Shown in pieces: positions 21,368 to 32,297 of a stretch of DNA of 64,000 bases (position 1 is its first letter; every line of letters starts with the position of its first letter). The stretch covers positions 1,575,401-1,639,400 of the forward strand of contig JAWKIO010000005.1 in the NCBI GenBank assembly GCA_041394265.1. Direction: 5' to 3'. The notes under the pieces are model-generated. The model saw only the letters and a list, made by a program, of their open reading frames with translations. It did not search any database and was not told the origin of the DNA. The DNA comes from Acidimicrobiales bacterium (lineage in GTDB: Bacteria > Actinomycetota > Acidimicrobiia > Acidimicrobiales > SZUA-35). The position numbers and the translations under genes are program-made.

Positions 21368-22614
21368 TCACCAGCCCAGCGTGGCCGCCGACCACGCATT
21401 GGCGAAGCAACCTTTCGGATCGACCGCCTCCCGCCGGCGACGGAAGTCGCCGGCTCGCTCATAGGCCGACGCCACATCGAACGCCGATGGATGGAAGACC
21501 TTTCCCCAGTGAGGCCGAGGCGCAAAGGGGCCAAGCGCATCCTCGACGATGCCGATTGCCCGATCGACGGCGGCGGATCGCGCCGCCACGTGAAGTGGAA
21601 GGCTGCCGAGTGACGGCCGTAGGTCGGGCTCATCCACAACGCATCAGCGGCAACGGTGCGGATCTCGCTGACCAGCAACACGTCGTCGAGGGCGGGGGCG
21701 ATTCCCCGCAGCGCCTCGAGCGCAGCGGCACCGTCACGCAGGTCGACGAAGAACTCGGTCTGGATCTCCTCGCCGGCGCTGGGTTGGAAGGCGGCGCGAA
21801 AGTGGGGCAGCCGTTCGTCCCACCGGCCGGGTTGGCCGAGCTGTGCGGTGGTCGCCTCGGCTGACATCGACCGAATCGGGTGCAGCTCGACCGTGGCACG
21901 TGCGGCACCGGCGAGCGCAGTACCGGAGCGATGGTCGTGGAGCCGTGCATCGTCGGCTCGGAACTTGAGCCACACCTGCTCAGGCCGTTCGCCATACCGG
22001 GAGAAGACACTCACGCTGTAGGCCGAGTCGAACAGCGTCTCGAAGGACGTGGTCACGGTGTCCCAGGTCAGGTCGTCGTAGACGACCTGCGCCACCTCAT
22101 AGGCCGGTTCGACAGCCAACGTGACGCTCTCGACCACGCCGAGCAGACCCATGGCGACCACGCTTCCCGCCAGATCGTCGGCGGCGACGCCGACCAGTGC
22201 GCCATCGGCACGAACGACGCGTAGGCCGCGCACCGCCGTGGAAAGGTTGCCGTTGCGCGACCCTGATCCGTGGGTGCCGGTGGCGACGGCTCCCGCGACC
22301 GAGATGTGTGGCAGCGATGCCAGGTTGGCCAGCGCCAGACCATGCGGGGCCAGCGCGGCGGCGACCTCGGCGTAGGTCATGTGTGCGGCGACGGCGACCT
22401 CGTCGGATCCCTCGACATGGTGCATCCATGTGGGGAGTGCCGTCAGGTCGATGACCGTGTCGGCGTCGCCCAGTCCGTTGAAGGAATGTCGAGACCCGAT
22501 GACCCCAATACGATCCGCGGCACCGACGGCAGCCTGCAACTCGTCGACCGAGGTCGGACGACGCCAGTCGGCGGCTCGGTAGGTGTAGTTGCCAGCCCAG
22601 TTCTGCTCGCTCAC
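21368..22614 (-). pseudogene. FAD-linked oxidase (D-arabinono-1,4-lactone/alditol oxidase family) with an apparent frameshift near 21565-21580
   Basis: N-terminus MSEQNWAGNYTYRA...VIGSRHSFN. The family-typical C-terminus (AVDRAIGIVEDALGPFAPRPHWGKVF...DPKGCFAN) lies in a different frame (ORF 21368-21637), just after ...FHFTWRRD in ORF 21298-22614. Confidence 0.7.
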
Positions 22615-22651
22615 CAGGCCGACGCTACTCAGAAGTCCGACCCTTGACGCG

Positions 22652-22685
22652 ACGAACGGCCGGCCCCGGAGGACCGACCGTTCGT
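22652..22685 (-). terminator. hairpin downstream of groEL
   Basis: ACGAACGG (22652-22659) pairs with CCGTTCGT (22678-22685), about 50 nt after the groEL stop. No clear U-tract. Confidence 0.35.
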
Positions 22686-22736
22686 GTCTTCGTTCAGCGT
22701 GAGCCGAGCGATGTGTTCGTGAGCCGAAGGCTCAGA

Positions 22737-24377
<1,641 letters not shown>

Positions 24378-24385
24378 TCAGATTC

Positions 24386-24673
24386 TCACTTCACGATTGC
24401 GAGGACGTCACGGGCGGTCAGGATGAGGTAGTCGACACCCTCGAGGCTGATCTCGGTGCCTCCGTACTTGGAGTACACGACGGTGTCACCGACCGAGACC
24501 TCCATGGGGATCAGTTCGCCCGAGTCGGAGCGGCGGCCAGCGCCAACGGCGATAACCTCGCCCTGCTGGGGCTTTTCCTTGGCCGTGTCGGGGATGACAA
24601 GGCCACTGGCGGTCGTGGCCTCGGCCTCTTTGGCCTTGACGACGATGCGATCATCGAGTGGTTGCAGGTTCAT
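24386..24673 (-). CDS. groES: co-chaperonin GroES
   Basis: 95 aa, [18 protein letters not shown]...GEVIAVG. Lies 11 nt upstream of groEL. Confidence 0.97.
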   Translation of the reverse strand: MNLQPLDDRIVVKAKEAEATTASGLVIPDTAKEKPQQGEVIAVGAGRRSDSGELIPMEVSVGDTVVYSKYGGTEISLEGVDYLILTARDVLAIVK

Positions 24674-24783
24674 GCAGATTCGCCTCCGTACGGCGTGATC
24701 TCGGACTGGTACCGGCGACTGATCAGATCAGGAGATTTCAGCCACCGTGTGCTCCTCGACTACTCGCCCACCTGGCGGTGGCG

Positions 24784-24810
24784 TTAGCAGTCTCGTGGCA
24801 CGAGTGCTAA
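24784..24810 (-). promoter_or_regulatory. CIRCE operator (HrcA binding site)
   Basis: TTAGCAGTC-N9-GAGTGCTAA matches the CIRCE consensus TTAGCACTC-N9-GAGTGCTAA. Lies about 110 nt upstream of the groES ATG. Confidence 0.85.
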
Positions 24811-24838
24811 CACTAGCGAAGGCGTGCGGATCCGCCAA
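24810..24838 (-). promoter_or_regulatory. candidate groESL promoter
   Basis: On the minus strand: -35 TTGGCG (24833-24838), a 17-nt spacer, and -10 TAGTGT (24810-24815) abutting CIRCE. Confidence 0.35.
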
Positions 24839-24947
24839 CCCACCTCGGCGTGGATTCCGTGAACTTCAGTCGAACGACAGAGAAAACCTGAGTACCCATC
24901 ACTCAGGTTCGATATCATCCGCCGGAGGGCACCATCGCCCAGGTCAG

Positions 24948-25418
24948 ATGCTTGGACACACGCGCTCGGCCTGCAAGACTGGCCGCTTGCACGAACACCG
25001 GGGCACCGACGAACCGAGCACGCCGGCGGCGACCATCGACTCGACCGTCGAGTTGGTCGTTGATGACAGCGAGCGGCAGCTGCTCACCCCGGTGCTGCGA
25101 CACTTCCTGGCTCGGGGCTACAACCCGCTCGACGCCGAACCGGGCGACCAGATTCGCCTCGAATCCGACGACGGCTATGTCATCGTGCGGTCCGAACTCC
25201 TCGACCAGCACCGGTCGGCGTCCGGCGAGGCGGCATCGGGCGTGGTGCTGTCGATCAGCGCGTCCAGCATCGGCTCGATCGATCTGCGTCATGCCGTCGG
25301 GCGGGCCATCACCGAGTTCGGCGGGTTGGCTGCACGTGGCGACGACCCGCTCGACGCCGACCACACCTTCCTCGATCAGCGCGGCGTTGCCCGCGCGGTC
25401 CTGCGCACCCCGCACTGA
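24948..25418 (+). CDS. hypothetical protein
   Basis: ORF 24747-25418 trimmed to ATG 24948 so that it does not run through CIRCE. Coding-like GC3. Start uncertain. Confidence 0.4.
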   Translation: MLGHTRSACKTGRLHEHRGTDEPSTPAATIDSTVELVVDDSERQLLTPVLRHFLARGYNPLDAEPGDQIRLESDDGYVIVRSELLDQHRSASGEAASGVVLSISASSIGSIDLRHAVGRAITEFGGLAARGDDPLDADHTFLDQRGVARAVLRTPH

Positions 25419-25457
25419 CCAGCACCGCCGGTCGCAGACCGCACCATCGGCCCGCGG

Positions 25458-26465
25458 CTATCGCACCGGGCGAGTTGGCAGCGCCAGGTTCGGGAGTGCG
25501 CCGTCGTCCAAGCCGGTTGGCCCGTCGTGCTGGAGGCGCCAGTGCCCGGCCGCAGCGATCATCGCCGCATTGTCGGTGCAGTAGGCCCGGTCTGGCACCA
25601 GCGCGTCGATGCCGGCATCAGCTGCGGCAGCTGCAAATCGCTCTCGCAGCAACGAGTTGGCCGCAACGCCACCGCCCAAGCACACCGCACGCGCCCCCAC
25701 CTCGACTGCGGCCCGCATGGTCTTGCTGACCAGCACGTCGACCACCGCCTCCTGGAACGCCGCTGCCACGTTGGCGTTGGTCGATTCCGGGTGTTTCCGC
25801 ACGTGGTTGACCACCGCCGTCTTCATGCCGCTGAACGAGAAGTCGAGTCCTTCGTTCATCATCCCTCGGGGGAACGTGATGGCGGTCGGATCACCCTCGC
25901 GGGCCAGGGCGTCGATCAACGGTCCCCCCGGGTAACCCAGACCGAGGTAGCGGGCCACCTTGTCGAAGGCTTCGCCGGCGGCGTCGTCGATCGTCGAACC
26001 GAGGATCTCGTAGCGTCCCGGTTCTTCGACGTGGACGATCAGGGTGTGTCCACCCGAGACGAGTAGGACGACGAGGGGCGGGACGAGGTCGGGCCGCTCG
26101 AGCGTCGTGGCGAAGAGATGGCCCTCCATGTGGTTGACACCGACATACGGCACCCCCCAGGCGAGAGCCAACGCCTTGGCCGCACTCACCCCGATCAGCA
26201 GGGCACCGATGAGTCCAGGACCATGGGTGGCCGCGACGGCGTCGATGTCGGATGGGCCCAGGCCGGCATCGGCGAGCGCCCGGGACAGCACCGGCTCGAG
26301 CAGGTCGAGATGTGCTCGACTGGCGACCTCGGGGACGACGCCCCCGAACTCGGCGTGCAGTTCGACCTGGCTCGACACCACGTTGGCGAGCACCTCGCTG
26401 CCATCGCGCACGATGGCCACGGCGGTCTCGTCACAGCTGCTCTCGATGGCCAGCATGATCGTCAT
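25458..26465 (-). CDS. tsaD: tRNA N6-adenosine threonylcarbamoyltransferase TsaD
   Basis: ORF trimmed to ATG 26465 (ATGA overlap with the rimI stop). MLAIESSCDETAVAIV, HMEGH and GGVAAN motifs. Confidence 0.95.
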   Translation of the reverse strand: MTIMLAIESSCDETAVAIVRDGSEVLANVVSSQVELHAEFGGVVPEVASRAHLDLLEPVLSRALADAGLGPSDIDAVAATHGPGLIGALLIGVSAAKALALAWGVPYVGVNHMEGHLFATTLERPDLVPPLVVLLVSGGHTLIVHVEEPGRYEILGSTIDDAAGEAFDKVARYLGLGYPGGPLIDALAREGDPTAITFPRGMMNEGLDFSFSGMKTAVVNHVRKHPESTNANVAAAFQEAVVDVLVSKTMRAAVEVGARAVCLGGGVAANSLLRERFAAAAADAGIDALVPDRAYCTDNAAMIAAAGHWRLQHDGPTGLDDGALPNLALPTRPVR

Positions 26466-26968
26466 GGCGTCTCCTTGCGATCGTCCGACACCGACATGAG
26501 GTAACCGGGGTCGTCGATGTCGTGCACCCACAGGATCGCGGCGTGTTGCCCGGGTCCGTAGTAGTCCTTGCGTTCGCCCGCCGACACCAACCCGAAGCGG
26601 TCGTAGAGTCGCAGGGCCGCAACATTGTCGGTGCGGACCTCGAGGGTGAGGTGGCGGGCACCCCGCTCGACCACGTCGGCGATCAGCTGCATCAGCAGTT
26701 GTCGGGCCAGGCCTCGACGGCGTTGCGCGGGATCGGTGGCGATGTTCATGAGGTGCGCTTCGTCGCCGACGAGCATCATCCCGCCGAATCCGACGACACG
26801 CTCACCGGCCATGGCGACCAGCCAGTGGCGTTCGGCCGGTGGCATCAACAGTTCGCCGGCGAACAGGGAGCGTGACCACGGCAACGCGCTCGACACCGAC
26901 TCGATCGCAGCCACGGTGTCGAGGTGGTCGGTCGCCAGTTCGGTGAGGACGATGGGCTCTGAGATCAT
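26462..26968 (-). CDS. rimI: ribosomal-protein-alanine N-acetyltransferase
   Basis: 168-aa GNAT protein with acetyl-CoA motif QRRGLARQLL. Sits in the conserved tsaB-rimI-tsaD position. Confidence 0.85.
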   Translation of the reverse strand: MISEPIVLTELATDHLDTVAAIESVSSALPWSRSLFAGELLMPPAERHWLVAMAGERVVGFGGMMLVGDEAHLMNIATDPAQRRRGLARQLLMQLIADVVERGARHLTLEVRTDNVAALRLYDRFGLVSAGERKDYYGPGQHAAILWVHDIDDPGYLMSVSDDRKETP

Positions 26969-27651
26969 GTGTTGTGCCGGGTCTTGATGTTGATCTGGAC
27001 GTCGGGGTCACGCAGATACATCGGAAGCACCGCCGACCCGACGACACCGGCTCGCTCGGCGGCGAGGCGGGCAATCACCACCGGCGACGGTTCGCACCCG
27101 GCAACCCGAAGGTCGCCGTAGAGATCGGTGTAGCGATCGGCGCCATCGCCGACCACCAGGTCGTCGTCGCCGATCGCGTCGACCGCATCGCCGGGTGGAC
27201 CGACGAAGGGGTCGCCGAGCGGGACAGGCCGTCCGGCGTGGTCCACGGTGAACGTTTGCTGGAACACCTCGGCCCGTCGAGCGTCGACGACGGCGGTGAC
27301 GGTCGAATCGGCGTGGGCAGCGGCGAGCGCTTCGAGGCTCGACACGCCCGTGACGAGTGTGTCGTTGGCCAGGGCGAGGGTGCGGACCGTGGCGAGCCCG
27401 ACCCGCAAACCGGTGAACCGGCCTGGTCCGACATCGACGGCGAACCGGTCGATATGGCCGAGGGTGATCGAGCGACCGGCGGCGCCGGATGCGGTCTCGA
27501 GCGCCGTGGCGATCATCGGGACGAGTTCCTCGGCATGGCGTCGGTCAGTCGCGATCTGTCGCTCCGCGAGGGTCTCGACGACGCCGTCGGTGAACTCGAC
27601 GATGGCCACGCCGACACTCGCCGTCGCCGATGTGACGGCCAGGATCAGCAC
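26965..27651 (-). CDS. tsaB: t6A complex dimerization subunit TsaB
   Basis: ORF trimmed to GTG 27651 (VLILAVTSATASVGVAI...). GPGRFTGLRVG motif. Confidence 0.85.
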   Translation of the reverse strand: MLILAVTSATASVGVAIVEFTDGVVETLAERQIATDRRHAEELVPMIATALETASGAAGRSITLGHIDRFAVDVGPGRFTGLRVGLATVRTLALANDTLVTGVSSLEALAAAHADSTVTAVVDARRAEVFQQTFTVDHAGRPVPLGDPFVGPPGDAVDAIGDDDLVVGDGADRYTDLYGDLRVAGCEPSPVVIARLAAERAGVVGSAVLPMYLRDPDVQINIKTRHNT

Positions 27652-28157
27652 GGTTCGAGCCGATCGGCGATCGCGGCCAGTGCACCGAGGCGTTGGCGCC
27701 ATGCCGCCGAGCCTGGTTCGAACCGGAGTTCCCGATCGTCGTCATCGGCACCGAGCAGCAGGCGAACCGTGAGTCGGTCGGCAGGAAGCACGGGCTCGAT
27801 CTGCTCGCCCCACTCGATGACGGTCACCCCGCGCTCCAACAACTCGGGCAGGTCGAGATCGAGGGTCTCGCCGATGTCGTCGATCCGGTAGACGTCGAGG
27901 TGGTGGAGTTCGAGGCGACCCTCGTACTGGTTCGCCAGCGTGAACGTCGGGCTGGTGATGCGCCCCTCGATGCCGAGCCCGGCACCGAGCCCCTGCGTGA
28001 AACAGGTCTTCCCCGCACCCAGGTCGCCGGCGAGCACGAGCAGATCACCATCGCGAAGCTGCGCCGCCAGTTCGGCGGCGACCTGCTTGGTCTGTGCCGG
28101 GCACGACGTGGCGACCACGATCGGCTCGGGGATCGTCGAGGGATCGGTCTCGGGCAC
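27645..28157 (-). CDS. tsaE: t6A ATPase TsaE
   Basis: P-loop GDLGAGKT and the HLDVYR motif. Start uncertain (GTG 28157 chosen; GTG 28118 is an alternative). Confidence 0.8.
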   Translation of the reverse strand: MPETDPSTIPEPIVVATSCPAQTKQVAAELAAQLRDGDLLVLAGDLGAGKTCFTQGLGAGLGIEGRITSPTFTLANQYEGRLELHHLDVYRIDDIGETLDLDLPELLERGVTVIEWGEQIEPVLPADRLTVRLLLGADDDDRELRFEPGSAAWRQRLGALAAIADRLEPC

Positions 28158-28207
28158 GGCGTCCCAGGCTACCGCCGCTGCTCCGGCGAGCCGTTGGCCA
28201 CGACCCG

Positions 28208-29104
28208 TCAGATCAGCGAGCGGATGGCGCGGGTCACGGCCTCGGTGGCCATCACTCGAAGGTGGACGGGATCGGCCTCGATCTGCCCGGTCGACGCAGC
28301 GAGGATGGCGTCGCCATCGGCGGCAGTGTGCGCCGGCACGAGCGATCGGGCGTAGCCATCGTGTCCACCTTGGGCGAGCAGGAGGCACTGTGTCTTGTCG
28401 AGTCTGGCGTTGGTGACCACCACGCCGATCGTGGTGTTGGTGCCGAGCGTCGGATCGATGTCGGGCGTAGTGGCAAGAACACGTTCGGGCGGCATCGCAC
28501 GAAGCGAGCCGTCACCGGGATCGATGTCGCCGAGTGCGTTGACGATGACGAGCGAGCTGACGATCGCGTCGCCGGCGCGCACGGTCGCCATGCCGACCCC
28601 TCCGGGTCGGGTACCCTCTCGGCCCCACCACTTCCGGTACGTGGCGCCGGCACCGCCGCCGATCCGGCCCGAGAGCACGGGTCCATCGGTGGCGGCGACC
28701 GCTGCAGCGTGCCCGGCGGCAGCGGTGGGCCGGACGCCGCTCGTTGCGACGGTCAGGTCGTAGATACTCATGCCGACGACGATCGGTACGACGCCCCCCG
28801 CCGTCGGGAAGCCGATCTCGTGTTCAGCCAGGTACTGCATCACGCCGTCGCCCGTTGCCAAGCCAAACGCCGATCCCCCTGACAACACCACCGCATCGAC
28901 GCGCTGCATCATGCGCGTCGGCTCGAGTAGCGCGAACTCGCGAGTGGCGGGCGCTCCTCCTCGCACCTCGCCCGAGGCCACTGTCCCCTCGGGAAGCAGG
29001 ACGACCGTGCAGCCGGTGTCACCTGCCGGACTGGTCCAGTGCCCAACGAGCACGCCGGGAACGTCGGTCAGCACACCCGGCCGGTCACCGTGTTCACCGG
29101 TCAT
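28208..29104 (-). CDS. P1 (DmpA/S58) family aminopeptidase
   Basis: 298 aa. LTDVPGVLVGHWT...TGCTVVL...VVLSGGSAFGL and the later NTTIGVV motif are typical of DmpA-like Ntn peptidases. Confidence 0.75.
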   Translation of the reverse strand: MTGEHGDRPGVLTDVPGVLVGHWTSPAGDTGCTVVLLPEGTVASGEVRGGAPATREFALLEPTRMMQRVDAVVLSGGSAFGLATGDGVMQYLAEHEIGFPTAGGVVPIVVGMSIYDLTVATSGVRPTAAAGHAAAVAATDGPVLSGRIGGGAGATYRKWWGREGTRPGGVGMATVRAGDAIVSSLVIVNALGDIDPGDGSLRAMPPERVLATTPDIDPTLGTNTTIGVVVTNARLDKTQCLLLAQGGHDGYARSLVPAHTAADGDAILAASTGQIEADPVHLRVMATEAVTRAIRSLI

Positions 29105-29116
29105 CAGCCGAGCGTG

Positions 29117-30241
29117 TCAGGTGTTGCCGCCCTGGTCAACATCGGCCGCATCGTCGTACCGCGGGATCTCGTGCTCACTCGACCAGCTGAGGATGGTCGA
29201 GTCCAGCGACCAGAAGCCTCGGGGACAGAGCAGATCGTCGATGAGGTACTCGAGTGCGGGGGCAAACGCCGCCCGGGCCTGTCGGGTGTAGGAGCGAGCG
29301 TCGTCGTAGGGACGCAGCTCGAAGCCGTGGGCGCTCAACTCCTCGTACAGCCCGATGAACATGCGGGGATCGCCGTCGGCACCAAACGCCTCCTCGTAGC
29401 GCCGCAGATCGCTGCCCTGTGTCGCCTCGGCGAAGATCGCCTCGGCCCGACGCAGGAACCAGAACGCGTTGCCATCGGTGGCACCCATGATGATCTGCGC
29501 GTGCAACGCCGCGTCGCACAGCAGCCCGAGCGCGGTGACCCAGTTCTGTCGCCGATCATGCGAGCGGAACAGGACCAGCAGTGGCACCGACGAGTGGGTC
29601 TCGAGAATGCCGGCCGCCCATTGCTCCCATTTCTCGAACTGGGCGTCGATCTTCTTCGGATCGGCATCCGGAGCCCAGGCCTTCACCAGCGCCGTCGGAG
29701 TGATCCGATCGGATCCTCCGGCATCGAGGGTGATCAGCTGTCGTTCACGGTCGGAGTACGCCGAGTAGAGCGTCGGCAGATAACCGACCACCAGAGCGAC
29801 GGTGATGACACCGAAGAACGCTTCGATCAGCGCACCGGCTCGCGGCACGATCCCGCCGGGCACGATCTCGCCGAATCCGACCGTGAAGTACACGACCCCG
29901 GAGTAGTACCACGAGTCGCCGAAGCCATTGGCCCCGGCGAGGCCACCCCTCGCCCACCACAGCAAGCCAAAGCCGGTCACCTGCAAGAGCGCCCAACTGG
30001 CCAGCAGCACGATCACGAGGAGGGGTCCGAACGCCGCCATTATCCGCTCACGCGCCGGCGCTTCCTCGGGCATGCGGCGGGCGACAGAGCGGAGGCCGAC
30101 GTACAGCGACCGCCCGATCAGCTTCGTCGGCCACCAGCGCGCCGGCGAGGTCGACGTGGACACAAGGGTGTTGACGAGATCGGCGACGGCAATGGCGATC
30201 AACGCCACCCCGACAACCGAAACGAGAACATCGGCCATCAT
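29117..30241 (-). CDS. ion-channel (K+ channel-like pore) membrane protein
   Basis: ORF trimmed to ATG 30241 (ATGA overlap with the upstream stop). Pore-like YFTVGFGEIVP lies between TM helices, followed by a large cytosolic C-terminal domain. Confidence 0.6.
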   Translation of the reverse strand: MMADVLVSVVGVALIAIAVADLVNTLVSTSTSPARWWPTKLIGRSLYVGLRSVARRMPEEAPARERIMAAFGPLLVIVLLASWALLQVTGFGLLWWARGGLAGANGFGDSWYYSGVVYFTVGFGEIVPGGIVPRAGALIEAFFGVITVALVVGYLPTLYSAYSDRERQLITLDAGGSDRITPTALVKAWAPDADPKKIDAQFEKWEQWAAGILETHSSVPLLVLFRSHDRRQNWVTALGLLCDAALHAQIIMGATDGNAFWFLRRAEAIFAEATQGSDLRRYEEAFGADGDPRMFIGLYEELSAHGFELRPYDDARSYTRQARAAFAPALEYLIDDLLCPRGFWSLDSTILSWSSEHEIPRYDDAADVDQGGNT

Positions 30242-31332
30242 CGGGCCAGGGCCTCGAGGCGTTGGTCGTAGATCGCGGCCATCACACCCCAGTCGTGACA
30301 GCGAACGGCGGCGACCGCCGCCGGCAGCTCCGCCCGCCATCGGTCGAGATCGCGCACGACATCAGCGAGCCGGGTACCGAAACTCCCGGGCCGATACCCG
30401 AAGGCACCGGCGGCGTCACCGAGCAAGTCGGGATAGTTGAGCGCATCCGGCACCACCGGCACACAACCCGCAGCCACGGCTTCGGCGACCCCCACCCCGA
30501 AGAAGTCATGGTGGGCACAACTCACGACGACATCGCTGCGGCACACCCAGTCTCGGTACTCCTCGACTCCGAAGGGACCTGCGGCGAGGACCCGGCGGCG
30601 ATGCCGGTCGACCACACGACGGCGCACGTCATCGTCGAGAGGCCCCGACGCCCCGGCCAGCACGAGCCGAGCATCGAGACCGACCTCGACCAGCCGGTCG
30701 ACGGCGCGAGCGAACGCCGCCGGATCCTTGTCGGGCTCCCACCGATGCGGCCAAAGCACGACCGGGCCCGTGCCATCGAAACGTTCGGCCGAGGGCGCCG
30801 CCCAGGACAGGTCGAGACCGAGCGGGAGGGTCTCGAAAGACTCGATGACCCGATCGATCGAGCGGACATGGTCGTCGTCCGGCAGCCGACGCACGAAGGC
30901 CGGCAGCTCGGCAACCACCTGCCGGCGGTGCCAGTCACTATTGAAGAACACGACATCGGCAGCGAGCCACGAGAACCAGTCGTAGAGGGCGTCGGCGTCG
31001 TTGGAAGCCACTCCCCTGGCGTTCGGGTACAGCAGCTGTGACTCGTGCTGGTACACCGCAACGGGGACGCCCTCGAGCTCGCTTCGCAACAGACCGATCA
31101 GCCGCGCCGCGTCGAGCGGGCTCGACACCAGCACGACATCGGGTCGCCCCTTGGTGGCGACATGGCGCTGGACGAGCTCGGCCAGCGGCACGGCGCCGCC
31201 GCGCAGTCGCCAGCGCCATCGATCCGCCGGCAACCCGACGATCGATACGTCGTGAACGCTCACCGCTCGATATCCCTCGGCCCACTGCGCATGGGAACCA
31301 CCGAGCCAAGGCTCGACGATCAGCAGCTTCAT
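30238..31332 (-). CDS. glycosyltransferase with DUF3524 (tRNA-queuosine mannosyltransferase-like) N-domain
   Basis: ORF trimmed to ATG 31332 (ATGA overlap). N-terminus MKLLIVEPWLGGSHAQWAEGY...LPADRWRWRLRGG resembles DUF3524. The C-terminal half is GT4-like. Confidence 0.6.
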   Translation of the reverse strand: MKLLIVEPWLGGSHAQWAEGYRAVSVHDVSIVGLPADRWRWRLRGGAVPLAELVQRHVATKGRPDVVLVSSPLDAARLIGLLRSELEGVPVAVYQHESQLLYPNARGVASNDADALYDWFSWLAADVVFFNSDWHRRQVVAELPAFVRRLPDDDHVRSIDRVIESFETLPLGLDLSWAAPSAERFDGTGPVVLWPHRWEPDKDPAAFARAVDRLVEVGLDARLVLAGASGPLDDDVRRRVVDRHRRRVLAAGPFGVEEYRDWVCRSDVVVSCAHHDFFGVGVAEAVAAGCVPVVPDALNYPDLLGDAAGAFGYRPGSFGTRLADVVRDLDRWRAELPAAVAAVRCHDWGVMAAIYDQRLEALAR

Positions 31333-32297
31333 GCGGGATGGTCCAGGAGCCCTGCCAGCACCTCGTTGACCGCCGCCGGTGCCTCCATCATCGCCTGGTG
31401 GCCGACGCCGTCGAGGACGTGCAGCGTGGATCCCGGGAAGACGTCGACCAGTTCCCGGGCGCAGCGCATCGGTGTGAGCCGGTCGAGCGACCCAACGATC
31501 ACGGCGACCTCGACCCGATCGAGATCGCTGCGCTCGGCGATCGCTGCCCGAACGTCGTGATCGAGGATCGACGGCATTGCCTGCCAATAGGTCTCGGGGT
31601 CGAGCCGATCGAAGCTCTGCGCGACCGTCTGGAGATCGAGGGTGCTGGGTCGTCGACCGAAGGTGGTCATCACCGCCAGCCGACCGGCATCGCTGTCGGG
31701 CACCGTGCCGACCACAGCGGCCACGGCTGGCCGTTGCAGGAATGCGTCGAGTCGCTCGCTCCGCAACGACGGCGACATCGGCGAGCGGATCGCCGAGTCG
31801 ACGAACACCGCACTGCTGACTCGCTGCACGGTCGAGGCGGGAGCGGTTGCCAGGAAGTGGGCGAGGACCATGCCGCCCATCGAGTGCCCGGCGATCACCG
31901 CATCATGGAGGTCCTCGCGCTCGAGCAGTTCGGCGAGGTCACCGGCATTGGCCGCGATCGTGGCCCCGTCGGTTCCGGCCGTGGATCGGCCGTGCCCACG
32001 GAGATCGATGGCCATGACCCTCGATCGGTCGGCCAGCGCGAACTGACGAGTCCACGCCTCGGCTTCGAGGGTGATGCCGTGGAGGAGGATCAGTGGTCGG
32101 CCTTCGCCAGCTTCGATCCAATGCATGGATGCGCCGTCTCGCATCACCATGGCCCGGTCGACCGCCGCTGCTGGCAGCGGCAGAGGTTCGGACGGTGCCG
32201 CCGCCAGGTCGACGCGTCGCATGACGAGTCGCTCGGCCGCCCAGCCGACCGCCGCACCGATGGCAAGCGCCGACAGACGAACGGGACCGCCGTTCAT
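31329..32297 (-). CDS. alpha/beta hydrolase
   Basis: 322 aa with an HG oxyanion motif (LILLHGI) and the nucleophile elbow GHSMGG. ATGA overlap with the alr stop. Confidence 0.8.
   Translation of the reverse strand: MNGGPVRLSALAIGAAVGWAAERLVMRRVDLAAAPSEPLPLPAAAVDRAMVMRDGASMHWIEAGEGRPLILLHGITLEAEAWTRQFALADRSRVMAIDLRGHGRSTAGTDGATIAANAGDLAELLEREDLHDAVIAGHSMGGMVLAHFLATAPASTVQRVSSAVFVDSAIRSPMSPSLRSERLDAFLQRPAVAAVVGTVPDSDAGRLAVMTTFGRRPSTLDLQTVAQSFDRLDPETYWQAMPSILDHDVRAAIAERSDLDRVEVAVIVGSLDRLTPMRCARELVDVFPGSTLHVLDGVGHQAMMEAPAAVNEVLAGLLDHPA

Noticed and set aside
24747-24947. Upstream extension of the hypothetical ORF to 24747
   Set aside because: It would read through the CIRCE operator and the groES promoter region. 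The extension is Ser/Gly/Arg-rich with poor coding character.
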